Assembly: GCF_001194135.2 (NCBI RefSeq)
Contig: NC_068991.1
Span: 39,420,627 to 39,464,366, forward strand
DNA length: 43,740 nt
Source: Octopus bimaculoides
Lineage: Eukaryota
Reading direction: 5' to 3'
The notes under the pieces: model-generated
The model's database searches: none
What the model was told of the DNA's origin: nothing
The model's input: the letters and a program-made list of their open reading frames with translations, nothing else
Shown: positions 23,401-36,995 of the stretch, one piece after another
Position numbering within the stretch: position 1 is the stretch's first letter
How the letters are laid out: each line of letters begins with the position of its first letter
Position numbers and translations under genes: made by a program

Positions 23401-23503
23401 AAAACTGAAAAAACTGAATTTCTTAGTTTTTTCTATAAACATAGTATGCATGTATTGACTGCTCCGTTATTTGCTAACACTACAGACAATAAACCTAGTA
23501 AAG
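23401..23503 (+). CDS. PPP4R3: PPP4R3 coding exon (103 nt): [34 protein letters not shown](D)
   Basis: tttcag|AAA acceptor, G|gtaagt donor; conserved KTEKxEFLxFFY..MHVLTAPL. Confidence 0.96.
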
Positions 23504-24050
23504 GTAAGTTTTTTTTGTTTTTTAATACTACCTGTTTTATAATGAGCCAGTATTCTTTGCATTTTTGTATCTAATGAAAATGGATTGTTCTTTAATTACA
23601 TTTGTGTAAGTAACATCTAACTAGATATTATGTTACTATAGAACAATAAATATGAATATAGAAAGTTAAGTGTTTTATTCAATACTTTTTAGATCAATTT
23701 ATACGTAAGAATTATGGTGTTACTTTATACTTCTCTTAATAATGTTCAGTTTTCCTCAAACATATTTTCAGTATCTATGTAAGGTTAAAATGAGATTTCA
23801 GTTAGATATTAACTGAAATATTTGCAATAATATAAACATTTTGTAAAATGCAGCAATAGCAACAAACTCCTGTGCCTTTTCCCATTTTCACACTTGTTTC
23901 TTCTTTTTGTCTTCCTTCTTTGCTTTGTTTTGTTTTGCATTCTCTAATACATAAAAATATACATGGTCGACCAATTTTAATAATATATTGGTTAAAAAAA
24001 TAATATTTGTAAATTATTTTCCTTTTTTTTTTTTTTTCTTTTTTCAACAG

Positions 24051-24209
24051 ATGATTATCAAACTGCTCAACTTCTGAGTCTTATAATGGAGTTACTTTCA
24101 TTTTGTGTTGAACACCATACGTATCACATCAAGAATTATATCATTAGCAAGGACCTTCTACGGAGGGTTCTTGTCTTACTGAAGTCCCAGCATGCTTTTC
24201 TAGCCTTGT
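24051..24209 (+). CDS. PPP4R3: PPP4R3 coding exon (159 nt): (D)[29 protein letters not shown]...AFLAL(C)
   Basis: Long polypyrimidine tract then caacag|AT; T|gtaagt donor; conserved [13 protein letters not shown]. Confidence 0.97.
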
Positions 24210-24525
24210 GTAAGTGATCAAAATTATTCTTGTTCAAGTCTATCTGTAGTTGGTATTATTTATTCACCATTAAGTATTAACTTGGTACCACTTCCTAATT
24301 ACTTTATAGTTGATAATAAAATTTATTGTATATTATCTTAACTACATAAGAAAAATTTTAATTTCTTTTAATTTTGTTGTATCAGCATTTTCTTTGCAGA
24401 TCATATCAATTTTCTAATCTTTTAGTGTAGGCAATTAAAATTCTTATCAAAAATTAATTTTGAAGTCTAGATTGTAATTGTAGTGTGGAGCTTGTATTAA
24501 TATGTCTACATTTGACTTCTATTAA

Positions 24526-24780
<255 letters not shown>

Positions 24781-25784
24781 TGACAGTGCACATTTAAAAT
24801 GACTATAATGTACATGTGTATGTATGCATATACATACAATTTGTGTTAGGTGGTACGAACAGGAGAAATAGAAATCAATGTGCAGTACTACAGAACATAT
24901 TTATCTATTTGCTGTACAGCTCCATAAAGTGACTCAGTGGGGTGGGGGTGGGGGGCTTCACAGAAAGTGAAATGAACAATGAAGTTGAGAGAGAGATGAA
25001 AGGAGGGAGAGAGAAGAGATAACACAGGTAAGAGAAGCATAAAAAGACAGGTGTCTACAATAAAGAGGTGATGTGATGAGAAGTACAGAGAGACAAATTC
25101 ATGTATGATTTAAAAGTTTGTGAGATAGAAAGATGTTGAGAAACATGGAGATAGGCTGATGGAAGGTTTTGAGATAAGCAGATCATTGTGTGTGTGTGTG
25201 TGTGTGTGTGTATGTATATATCTTATCTTTTTAATTTGTTTATGGGAAACGTTTTGAAAATGCAAATAAAGCTCCTATTCCATTATGCTAGCCGCAGTTT
25301 AATGATGCTGACTGGTGAACCAGTTTTTGGGGTTGCATCGAGCTGTACTGATATAATGTAAGATAAATAGAGTAATAATAATCTTTGGATGGAATTTATA
25401 AACATTTAATGCATTGTTACGCTTGTTTCCACAAATCATATGTCTCTTCAGATCACAATCCGTATTCCATAGTATCTGTGGGCATCAGTTAGATCATCTT
25501 TGTGGATTCATTTCTTCAGGCAATATAACATTAATGGATGTTTACTAGAGAGATGTTTATCTCTTTTGCCAAGTGTGAAGGTTGGTTGAGTTATGATCTA
25601 CCCGATGCTCACAAATACTACAGACTACTGTGATCTTAAGAGACATGTAATTTGTGGAAATGCGCATAGCTATGCATTAAATATTTATAAATTCCATCTA
25701 AGGATCATTAATATTATTAATATTACTATATATATATATATATATATATGTGGTTTTGTGTGTGTGTGCGTATGATGGTGGATC

Positions 25785-26093
25785 CTCCATTGATTTTGAC
25801 AATTAACTGAGTCACCTACATCAGTTAATGTGAAGTAGCTGAGTATTCCAAAATCATTGTCTCCTGATTCTCAAGCTGAATCATTTTGACACAGTATGTA
25901 ACAAGGCTGGCCCTTTGAACTTTAGGTGCAATCCATCTGATGGGCTTCCACACAGTTTCTGTCTACCACATTTCATTCAGAATGCTTGGGTCAACCTGAG
26001 GCTGGTAAAAGACACTCAATCAATATGCCACTCAGTTTTATTGAACCTTGGACTTCATGATGTTAAAGCAAACTTTTTATTCACCTGGCTATT
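25785..26093 (-). mobile_element. Degenerate SINE, head H1 plus tail T3
   Basis: Minus strand: H1-like head (GGTTCAA...GAGTGTCTTTTAC...GGTAGACAGAAACTG..GAAGCCC), then TTCAAAGGGCCAGCCTTGT...TGGAATACTCAGCTACTT as in 22441-22545. Confidence 0.65.
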
Positions 26094-26939
26094 CTTGCAT
26101 CCTATATATTGACATAGAGGACATGAAGTAATAATGATGTCTGTGAGTGAGTCAGTGAGAAAAGTGAAGGAGTGTGAGAGAGTGATAGTGTAAGAGTAGA
26201 GAAGTGAGAGACAACTTTTCAAATATACAACAGGTGATTGCAAGTCAAACAGACGAAGAAATTCTCACTTGATTTCCCAACTGCACACCAAAGATGATGA
26301 GTGTCATCAGAAGTCAGTGCTTGATGTGAATTGGGTAGAAGTTTTGGAAAGCGACAAACATAAGGAGAAAACAGAAGCAAGGCTCAAGGTAAAAGGAATA
26401 ACTGAAAGAAGACAAAATGAATCTTAGGAAATTGAATCAAAGCCTGAAGTAGAATGATTAAGAGTACTGGAAAGGAGACTGCAATAAACACCCATTGTTT
26501 TTGATGAGTACTATGCTAGTATATATAATATAATTCTATTTTATACACATGCACACAAACTTTTAACATGCTATCTTAAAGACAGTATTGTAATTGTGGC
26601 ATGAACTTTTGTGTGTTAAGATTGTTTTGTGTACATTTCTGCATGGAGATAGTGGGAACTAATGAATGGTGGGGTGTTGAAAATTATGGAGAGAGTTCCT
26701 GGTTTACTGAAAATTTTTTTGGTTCTTTTAGCACCATGGGTAGCCATGATGAAAGGCTTTCCAACTGCAATCATTTGTTGTCTTATATATCAGGGTTTCT
26801 ATTTCTAAATTTGTCCCTTTCTAAGGGACAAATTTATATATATATATGTATATGTGTGTGTGTGTGCGTGTGTGAAACTCACACATGTATATAACGAGCT
26901 GACACAAACTGAGGCTAGTTGTGTCTGTTTATAAAATCT

Positions 26940-27313
26940 TTCTAATGTCCACTTCTCCATGCTTGCATGGGTAGGATGAAATTTGTTGAAGCAGGTTTTC
27001 TATCACTGGGTGCCCTTCCTGTTGCCAACCATCACATGTTACCAAGTAAGGTAATATTTCCCCATGACCAGACATATTTTCACAGAAGATTGGTTTTGGA
27101 CACACTTTGTATGGTGATGATGCTTGTTTATATAACCATCATGTGATGGTTATAAACATATATACATACACAACTGGCTTCTTTCAGTTTCCAGCGACCA
27201 AATCCACTCACAAGGCCTTGCTTGACCTGGAAGACACTTGCCCAAGGTGTCAGACAGTGGGATTGAACCCAAAACTACATGGTTGAGGGGCAAATTTCTG
27301 AACCATACAACTA
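26940..27313 (-). mobile_element. SINE, head H1 plus tail T2
   Basis: Reverse complement of the 36615-36995 element; ends CATGCAAGCATGGAGAAGTGGACATTAGA. Confidence 0.75.
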
Positions 27314-27384
27314 TGCATGCTTTTGTGTGAGTTGGTGTTTCCCCTTGTCTTTATATGTTTGCTGACATTTTTCATTTCATATAC

Positions 27385-28255
27385 TCATCTCACTCATAAG
27401 ACTTTGGTCATGCTTGGCTACTGCTTTGAAGGGTCTTAGTCAAACAAATCAACTTTTTTGTCTTAAGCCTAGTACTTATTCTATTGATCTCTTTTGAAGT
27501 GCTGTGTTTCAGGGATGTATACAAGCCAACACCAGTTGTCATGGTGGTGGAGGACAAACACACACACACACACACACACACTCACAGAGTAAATAAACGA
27601 TAGTCTTGTTATTAATACAGGAGGTGCTGCATGCTTGCAGTTAACTGTGAAAGCACATCTGGGTTTCTTTACATGTCTTCACATGTTCCATGATCTTTGT
27701 AAACAGATAGGCTCATAGCTTTGTCCAGGCTGTTTGCTGTTCAGTAGAGTAGGGAATTATTACCTTGCTTGGAAACAGGTGAGGTATTGCAGAAGGAAGG
27801 GCATCAGGCCTTAGAAAATCTGCCTTCGTTTGTGGAATAGGCATGCTTTGAGGCACATGTGCTTGTGCACACATATGCATAGATTTTTAAATTTGATTAT
27901 GTCTCATCTATTTTGCCATGCTGGAAGAGCTTTGGTGAATACATATAGCAGCACTTTTAGTTTTCAAGTTAATTTTTTTTCTTTTTACGTTCCACACATC
28001 TGTGAAAGCTCAGAGCTAGAGATTGATTTGTAAGTAGGAAATGGTAATTATCTGTTTACCTGAGAAGTACAGAATGTACACATGTCACTCAGGCACAATC
28101 AAACACACGTGACAAGCTTTGTACAGTTTCTGTTTATCAGATTCACTCATGCAAGACATTGGCTGGCCTGGAGCATCAGACACTTGCCAAACATGCTGTA
28201 CAGTTGCACTGGACCTAAAATCACGTGCTAAAGAAATAAACTTCTTAATCGTGAT
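27385..28255 (-). mobile_element. Fragmented SINE cluster: T1 tail (~27385-27560), H1 head (~28120-28255) and an intervening + strand T2 fragment (~27745-27830)
   Basis: Local similarity to 265-587 and to 36860-36950. Confidence 0.55.
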
Positions 28256-28672
28256 TTATGGTTAGCTGTCACACAAGAATATACTTCTTTGGTTCATATG
28301 TGTGTGGTGCTTCACAGCGTTCAATATACACATACTTTTCCACGTCTGGCTGTATAGCCTTTTTTGTTTGTTTATTTTACCGTTTCATTTTCTGTCTGCC
28401 ACTATCCTCCATGGAACAAATTTAATTTGTGTCTGTGGGAAGAGCCATTTTAACGATGCGTCCTGCCCTAACTCTTCAAAACGCCAGTGTTATAATGGTG
28501 GCAGCTGATGAAAGATATGTTCTCTATGTGGCCTGTGTGTTTTTTGTACCTTGTTTATCATTTTGTCCATGTTTTTTTGCAACATCATGTACCCAGATAT
28601 GCATCTATATATACATGTAGATGAAGGTATGTACATACATGTACATATATATGCATATACTCATATATTATT

Positions 28673-28705
<33 letters not shown>

Positions 28706-28913
28706 CAAAACAAAAGACAGTCAGGTGAAGAAACAACAAGCAGGTGTATTAGTTTCACATTCGGGAAGAATGGAAAAGTCTTTGATGTTTTGAGCTTATG
28801 CTCTTCAACAGGAAGGATTGAGAGAGAAAAACATGTAGGGATTAATGGTTCAACATATATATGTATGGTGGTTGTTGTCTACTTGTTATGCAGAGTCTGA
28901 CCACCTTCTGTAC

Positions 28914-29230
28914 CTACACCTTAGAACCACCATGGCGTCTGATGTGGCTTTTTAAACCAGACAATGTTTCGAAAAGACACCCACATAGATTGCATATCTG
29001 ATTTGGACCACCAAGAGCTACAGTTAAGCTCTGATCTTTGTGGATCTTAAAATGTCTTTTGAGGCCTCCGTTAGATTTGCAGACCTTATGGCAAACATGG
29101 CATTGAAAGGTGTGCACAGACATACAGGCAGAATAGTTGGAGAGTTGTTTTCCATGGGTTTGCAAATGAGATTTGAGCCTAGCAAAAAGCGTGGTCTGTC
29201 ACAAACTGTTCACACAAAAAGGTCATTGTG
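28914..29230 (-). mobile_element. Tandem C2H2 zinc-finger remnant, probably the C-terminus of a LINE ORF
   Basis: FQCHVCHKVCKSNGGLKRHFKIH and ICNLCGCLFETLSGLKSHIRRH in one frame; a third broken finger FV*TVCDRP..G/LKSHLQTH upstream; no TGEKP linkers. Confidence 0.6.
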
Positions 29231-32156
29231 AGATCTATGCAAGCATGGAAAATGGATTTTAAAACGATGGTGATGATATGCTATATAATATATGACAAAA
29301 AACAAAAAGCAAAACAGGATGGGTAGGATAGTAGGGTGTAACTTCAGAGATGTTTGGCTGTTATTTACTTTCATCTGGCTTAGCTGCAATGTAGTACTCT
29401 TCCAAATTGGCTCATGCATATATATATATAACATAGATAATAGGGTTTGATTTGAGAGGGAGAGTTGGTTACTATTTCTACCAATTTGGGATATGTAGTC
29501 TTTTTGTTGGTTTTACATACACAAGACAGAGTGTAATCTGGTTTTTATTTCTAGCAGGCTGTGTTATCAAATAGATGACAAACTTGTTGGGCCACACATA
29601 TGCACACACAAATAGGGTATGGTTTTGTGATGGTGTCTATTTCTACTACATAGTTACTTTTTTGTTGGCTCATATAAAATTCCAGTAGGGTGTGGTGTTA
29701 CATAGGTATAGTATTTAGAATTTAATTTTTTTTCAAATTTCATGGTCAATGAAAGTGATATGGAATGAATATAGATTGTCTGTTTTGGCTTGGTGTTTGC
29801 AGCTGGATGTCCTTCTTACTGCCAACACTTAACAGAGTGTACTAGGTACTTATGTAGTGCCTGCACAAGTGCATTTTACATGCACTTTTTACGTGGTGCC
29901 AGCACATAGCACCATCACCTGCAGAGTCACCAAGTATCTTTACAAGATAAGGACCTCTCAGCTGAGAGAAGTGACCATTTGGATAAAATTAATATTTTAC
30001 CTATCAATTACAGATGTAGCATTATGTAACTTTGTGTTATTACATACTGAACCAATAGCATGTTCTCAACAATATCTAGTATGACAGGTAATGCTCTAAT
30101 TAGTGTATAGTAACCAAGGGAGATAAATCGAACGCCATCTCCTTTCAAGGGACAGACAAAGGAAGAAAGAAATACATTACCAGCTATATTAATTGATTTT
30201 ATTTAGTTTTTAGAAATATCAATTTGCTAACCATGTTAAAAACTGATAGAAGAGAGGGCATGAGAAATATATTTATCAAAGAAAGTTAGTGTGAGAAAAA
30301 AACGGCCAATAAATGTGTATATGTGTGTATATACACACATTCATTCACTCACTCAGAGTGAGGAGAAATAGATATACACACAAGTATATTATTAGTAAAT
30401 ATAAATAGCTGTGATAGTGATAACTTGTTACTGATTATGAATCTCTTTGTGACTATATTTCTACTAAAGTACACTGCTTATGTTTCAGTTAATAATATAA
30501 ATGAGAATGTGGAGAAATTCAATAAACTTTTTCATTATTCAACTGATGTTTAGAATATAACTTTTAGCAAAATTATGAGGGAATGTTTTAATTTAAATAT
30601 GAACATTTTAATACTTGAGGTTTTCTTCCACAGAAGCAAGAGTTGATTTAAAAAGGGTTATGTACATGTATCTTTTTCATATGTGATATTTTAGAAGTTA
30701 AGAAAAAACTATACTTGTCTAAAGGATGGGATGGTCATTAATAATTAACTGGTAATATTTTCTTTGTCAAACTAATGAAATAAAGTATTTGTTGTTTATT
30801 ATTTTAACATGTAAATGTTTCTGTGAATAAAACTGGAATTAAGTTTTTGGTGAAGAACTAGTCATATTTTATAGCTTCAAACAATAAACAAATGGAATGT
30901 TAAGGTACATCATGTGTTGTGTGATGAATATAACTGATAGAAAAGTGAAAATTTATTAACACTTTTTATTTGTTGGTTTCTACATGCAGAAATGAGAAGA
31001 CTATATACTTTATACACAATCTCGTGTTTTGAATTTCATTTAATCTAATAATTTTTGCTTTTTTCTCACTGTTAGATTACATTTTCCTCACTACATTACC
31101 CTTTCGTTGTTTCTACACATTCACAAAACAGCCCTAATAATAAGTCAAGGCTTGCTACTGGTTAATATGTAAACAAAACATAAGTAATGGAATAATGAAA
31201 TGAAACTATTGTAATGTAATTTTCTTACAAAACTTTGTTCAAAGCTAGTTTTCCAGATTCAGTTTCATTGCTTTTGATGTATGGAATATAGATAGTATAA
31301 GTAAGAAATAATTAGCTGTAAATTTGTTGAACATAGGCGTGGTCTAAATTTGAAAATCTATTTTAAGGTTGGGTGAACACTAATTCATCCATAATTATGT
31401 TTTATTATTAATTACTGGAGCCAGTTTTAAAAAGTTATTTTTCCATGCGTGATTTGAATAGTTTACAAATTGAATTACTACTTTTGTCGTGAATGCTACA
31501 CATTTATAGAAACTTTCAGTTTCAAATTGTTTGCTTAATAACTTTTTCTTCTGTATGTTGTTGAAATTGAAATACTTAGCAACATTTCTTTCATTGATTG
31601 TTTGGTAAATTTTCGTGATTGATTTTAATACACTTAGTCCAGTTCAACATGTATGATTGAAAGCATTTAAGAGTTGCCCTTTGTTTGTATTAAACACTTA
31701 GTTATAGTTACTTTGTGTAATTTCCTTGGCTTAATATTGAAAATTTTATTTTTTAGATTCATATTTGTATAAGATATTTTATTATTTTAATCAGTAAAAG
31801 TTAAAACCAAGTGACTCAAGGGCTGAAAGTTCTGTGGATGCCATGTAAGAAATTCCTAGCCCTTGAGATTAAAATAATAAAATATATTCATGTATTGAGT
31901 TCTGTTTAACCTGTTTGTTTTACTAAACTTATTTGCATAAAATATAAATCAAACATTCTGTTTATTGTGATTATTTCGGAATAAATAGAGTCATTGAACC
32001 TCATGTTAAGATTATTGTTTTATTGGTTTCAGCCAGAGGCTGAAGCCATGCTGGATAACTTTATGTGAATTTCATTCCAATATCCATGTCTTATTTAAAT
32101 AACAAAATGTCATGGAATCATCTGAAAACATAGCATTTATTTATTATTTTTTGTAG

Positions 32157-32302
32157 GAGGATATCCGATCTCTTTGCACAAACATTGCTGAAAATCACAT
32201 TAAAGATCTAGAAAATGTTAACTATGTAAATACATTTAAATCTTTAAAACATCGGTATGAGCAGCAACAGGATAGAATTAGAGAAAAATCAGCAACTGAA
32301 AG
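32157..32302 (+). CDS. PPP4R3: PPP4R3 coding exon (146 nt): EDIRSLCTNIAENH...YVNTFKSLKHRYEQQQDRIREKSATE(S)
   Basis: ttgtag|GAG acceptor, AG|gtaaat donor (phase 2); matches EDIKSL...YVQTFKGLKxxYEQ. Confidence 0.95.
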
Positions 32303-33688
32303 GTAAATGTTTTAAATGAATTCATTAAAAAAAAAAAAAAATTTGATGTATTCAGTTTAAATATTAAATAAATGCAATAAGTATTACAATTTTCTTTATC
32401 TGAATGACTCCAAAAATTTGTGCAGTTTTCTTGTGTTTGGACTAAATGCTGCTTTTCGTATTAAGCAGTCAACTGTAAGTATTAGTGCCATCAACAAAAG
32501 TAACCCTTTTGTTACTATATTTCTAACCCCTTGTGTGTTTCAATTAAATTCTAAAATAATCGTGAATTTAGACTGGTTTCATGAAACAACTCTTTTTATT
32601 TTTCAATATATTTGTGATTTTTGGAACACAATTACAGGTTATAAGTAAATTCAACAAAATATAAAATCAATAACATTTTTTGCTTAAACATCAGCTTAGA
32701 AAATAAGTTATTAGTTAAGTTATACAACAAAATTTTAATACGGAAAGTGTTTTAAAATACTGGATTATCTATCAGTCATGCACATGAGACAGGTGTACTT
32801 TAAAGGTACAGAATGAAATACTGGAATTAACTAAATGAAATAAACTCATACACATACATAAATACACAGAAAGACACATAATGATTCTCAATACAAATTA
32901 ATCAAAATTTGTCACACATCTTACAGATAACTTTAAAATAAGAATGAGGTAAATTTGAAAAAAATATGTATAAATCACACACACACCAACCAACTAACCA
33001 ACTATTTCTTAAAATGCTAACATCTTTCTTCCAAGTATGTAGAAAACTGTCTCTTTTTCATCTTCATTTATGTTTTGTGTAATGGTTCATTTCTGCAGTA
33101 ATCATTTCAAAGGGGAAAGTAAAAAAAATAATCTGACAGTTTTGTTTCCTTGGAAAAACTGTGGCTATGTCTAATATTGTCATAAAAAAAACTAATTGAG
33201 GTGCAGATCACCCCTCCCCCTATTATTGCTATTGGAACTGTTGTCTGATTGTTTCACTTTCAGAAAAAAACATCTGATTTATAATCACATGTGGCTTTTA
33301 TGTTAGCCATATATTTTTTCTGATTTTTCTATGTCTTCTTTCAAAACTACTTTGAATTCAACTCACTGCTTGACAATATGAAACTGGTATCCAGTTTTCA
33401 TTCATAGTGAATGAAACATTTCTGAAAATCAAAGTGGGAGAAATGGAAAAAAATCCCACAAAATTTGTAGCACTCGGATATCATGTAAAATAATGTTGGA
33501 CAGTGTAACTCAGTTGTTTACATAATGAAATCATGTGTTTTCCTGAATGTACTAATGAGATTTGTGCTAAAATTCTCACTTTCAACCATTTTAGTAAAAT
33601 TTGCCAATAAAATTCTCAGCTGGCTACAACTGTCTTGGTATTGAAAGGGTTAAATGAACAGACTTTAAAGAACTGCAACTCATGTTTG

Positions 33689-33764
33689 CTCACTCCAGCT
33701 ATATATTAACATTCATTTATTACTACTCACTCCAGCTATACATTAACATTTATTTATTACTACT
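33689..33764. repeat. Tandem duplication of a ~37-bp unit CTCACTCCAGCTATAxATTAACATTxATTTATTACTA
   Basis: Two adjacent near-identical copies. Confidence 0.85.
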
Positions 33765-33979
33765 TACTAATTGTGTAGTGTACTATGACTTAGCCAGGTT
33801 TTCAGTCTCTGCTGATAGGGTACCATCTTATTTATTGTAGGTTTGCTTGAAGATTTAAACCAAATTATGCGATCTAACAAAATGTTGCTTGTTTCTTTTA
33901 GCTTATTTATATAATATAGAAGGATTAAGACTATTTGTACAAAATTGGTGTATTTTGTTTATTGTTCTTGTTTTTTCAG

Positions 33980-34170
33980 CATGCCATCTATCCTTCGTAA
34001 CAGCCGTTTCCGTCGTGATGAACGAGCACTTGATGAAGAGGAAGACATGTACTTTAATCAAGATGATGATCTTGATGATGGAGAGAGTATTGTTCCTATG
34101 GGAGACATCTTAAAGAATAAGCTGGATCCAGACTTTGATCAGATCAGTCGGTTTATTGAAAATAAAAGAG
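33980..34170 (+). CDS. PPP4R3: PPP4R3 coding exon (191 nt): (S)MPSILRNSRFRRDERALDEEEDMYF...RFIENKR(A)
   Basis: tttcag|C acceptor, G|gtaaaa donor; conserved PSILRxxRFRRD..L.EEE...F. Confidence 0.95.
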
Positions 34171-36614
34171 GTAAAAAGCAATTATTTTGTGGGTGCTTGT
34201 GTGAACATATGTTAGGTGGCTTGTGTTATTAATTTTCAAGACTGGAAAATTTAGGAGAACCAACAAACAATAAGGTGGATATAGAAAACAATTTAAAAAC
34301 AAGATATTTATAAAATTATGATTTGTTTTAACCACAAAAAAAGTAAACTAGGATTTAAAAAAGAAAAACGAATATAAACTGGGTTATTATTTATTAATTA
34401 GCAAAAGAAGCAGAACTGTTTGGTCAATGGAATAGTTGTGTCCATTATTGGATTTTATATTTAACATGAATACATAAAAGTATGACACTGTAATCCACTT
34501 TTTGTTCCGAGGTAGTAAGTGTTAGTTGATAATTGTGTTACAAAAATATAGGAAAAAGTTATTATTTCCTTTAAACTTTGATTTTGTGACCTGAATAATG
34601 TTATTTCAAAATTTATCTATTTCATGTGGAGAAACAGGTGAATTTGCACTTTTTCATTCACATAAAGTTAGCAAAAGCAACAACATAAATTTAACAGGTA
34701 TTTACACTTAGCCCGTGCAAAAACTTTGGGGCTAATTTTTTTTTTAAAGGTCTGTGAATATGTGAATTGCTTTCATGTGTAAGCCACCCCACCACCACTA
34801 AATATAATCTGCAATCATGTTTCATTTACATGCTCTTTGATAACAGTGTTTCAAACCTAGTATAAACTGGACTTTACTCCTCTGGGTATACTCCTATGTT
34901 CTTGAATTTATCAAGATGAGTGCCAAAGATATAGACTTAAGGACATCCTGCAGCCCATTTTGCTGTAGTTTTTCACCAGAGTCTCAACCAGCTTTAATAC
35001 TTTTCTGCCTTGCGATTGTTCAAGAAACCTTGAATCATTGTGATAAAGCTAATCTAAAGTGCTCCCTTCCTATTGAGCATCTTGGAGAATTTTAAATGCT
35101 CCAAGAGCTTCATCTGTAGTTTGACAAAAACACATGCATTGACAACTTTGGTAGGAAGTCTTGATAGTACTTAAAGGTTATAGACTCCTTATGAAGAGCT
35201 GTTGTGACCCCTTGTTTCATTAGACCTAATTTTAAGTGCACTGGACTCCACCGATGACTTACACTTAACAATGTTCCTCCTCCTCATAGAGAATTCTAGA
35301 CTATTGTAACTAGCACTGCTAGTGATAGTGTGCTGCTGTCCTAAAGGCAAAGGTAGCAAGGAAACTCAGTAAAGCTATTTTGGAAGCCCATTAGTAATGG
35401 CACCATTTTGAAGTCTGATAACCTCCTGACTATACTAATTGTACTTAAAGACATCTAAGAAAGTATTTGTCATCTGTGGGAAGAAGGAGAGCTCATTTTG
35501 ACAAGTAGAAAACCTTGTAAAAACCAGGTGGTGCTTCTGATTTGTGACTACACTTTCATCTTAACTAGTTTTTCTGCTTCAGCCTAGACATGTAAAGTTT
35601 AGTGTGGACTTTGTGCGACCTAGATTTCTGATCAAGTTGTAATCATTTTGGCTTTCTTCTCTTTTTACGTGCATCTCTGAAATTGCCATCTGTATTTACA
35701 TCTTTCTCTTGTTCTGACCTGCTGCTCTCTCTTTCTCTCTCTGACAGAGTGGGTACAGGAAGCACAGGATAGTGTGGCACTGAGACAATGAGTGATGTAA
35801 GGTTTGGGCATATGATAAGAGATGAAATTTTGCCAGCCCTACATTTAGAAGGGTCTACCATGCAGAAGTATAGATTTTTTTGAGCATACAATGGGTTCCC
35901 ACAAGGTTCTTTGTGGTTCTCTTTCCTTCTCTGCACCATTCTGCAAAGGAGCAAAATAAAATTGATATAAGATTTTCACTATTCAAGCAAGCAGAAATTG
36001 TACACCTTTACTTTGTAGAGTGTAGTGTTCACAGGTGAAAGAGGTGCCCCAAGTTTATCGTAATCCCCAATAGGCATGCAAAAATGCCCCTTGTAGACCT
36101 CACTTATTTAGTGGATGCTGTCATAGTACTTTTTCATTCTAGTCTTGATAAATTACTCACAAATGTAGCAAAATCTGCTTCCCATATACATGCAGCTCTT
36201 GTGGCCATCTGTGATAAATGTAGCTAGGCCTATCTATCCACTTAGGCAACTGAAGTGAATCGTATTTACTATTTGTTACTTGGAAATTCTTAAAATTTTG
36301 AGAAAATTTTCTATCAGCTACTTAACACTGAATCTATCTAGAATGTTCTGGAAAATTGGTAGATTTCAAAATCATTACTGAGCACATTTTAAGCACATAT
36401 GATAAGGAAAAAAAACACTTGCTTCTGAGTAACAGAAAAAATTGCAAACAACAGATATTTAAAATTTTTCTTTCATGGAAAGATATCAAACATTCCAGCT
36501 TATATAATACAGACTGGAAATTACACTTAAATTATATTGTCCAATGTTCCAGAATTTTGACATGCATCAGGCCCATTTTTTTTTCTACCACCTCATCTTA
36601 ATCATATAATGTAG

Positions 36615-36995
36615 TTTTATACAATTGATAAACCTGTGTGGTTTTGAGTTCATTCTTACTGTGTGGTACTTTGGGCAAGTGTTTTTGGCTCTAGCCTTGA
36701 GCTGCCCAAAACCTTGTGAGTGGATTTGGCAGATGGAAACTGAAAAAAGGCAATCATGTGCATGTATGTTTCTGTCTCTTTGTCTTGATAGAGTGTAAAT
36801 GTGCATCACTGTTAGTACAAGCAGTGATGTTTATTTTCCATATTCTGCAAAAACATGTCTGACCATGAGGAAATATTACTTACTTGAGAACAGATGAGGG
36901 TTGGTGATTGGAAGCGCATTTGGCTGTAGAAAATCTGCCTCAATAAAATCTGTTGCATGCAAGCATAGAAAAGTGGATATTAAAATAATGATGAT
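36615..36995 (+). mobile_element. SINE, head H1 plus tail T2
   Basis: GAGTTCATT (box B-like), CTTTGGGCAAGTG, CCTTGTGAGTGGATTTGGCAGATGGAAAC; tail GTAGAAAATCTGCCTCAA...GCATGCAAGCATAGAAAAGTGGATATTAAAATAATGATGAT. Confidence 0.78.

Noticed and set aside
28500-28535. CTGATGA-AAGA-tatgt-TCTC as a hammerhead
   Set aside because: No downstream GAAA, stem III or stem I complement
28914-29165. Antisense host zinc-finger gene
   Set aside because: No canonical linkers, adjacent finger is broken by a stop and frameshift, and no splice context; TE remnant more likely
34870-36000. Possible old LINE remnant (less AT-rich block)
   Set aside because: I could not recover diagnostic motifs with confidence; needs RepeatMasker or TBLASTN
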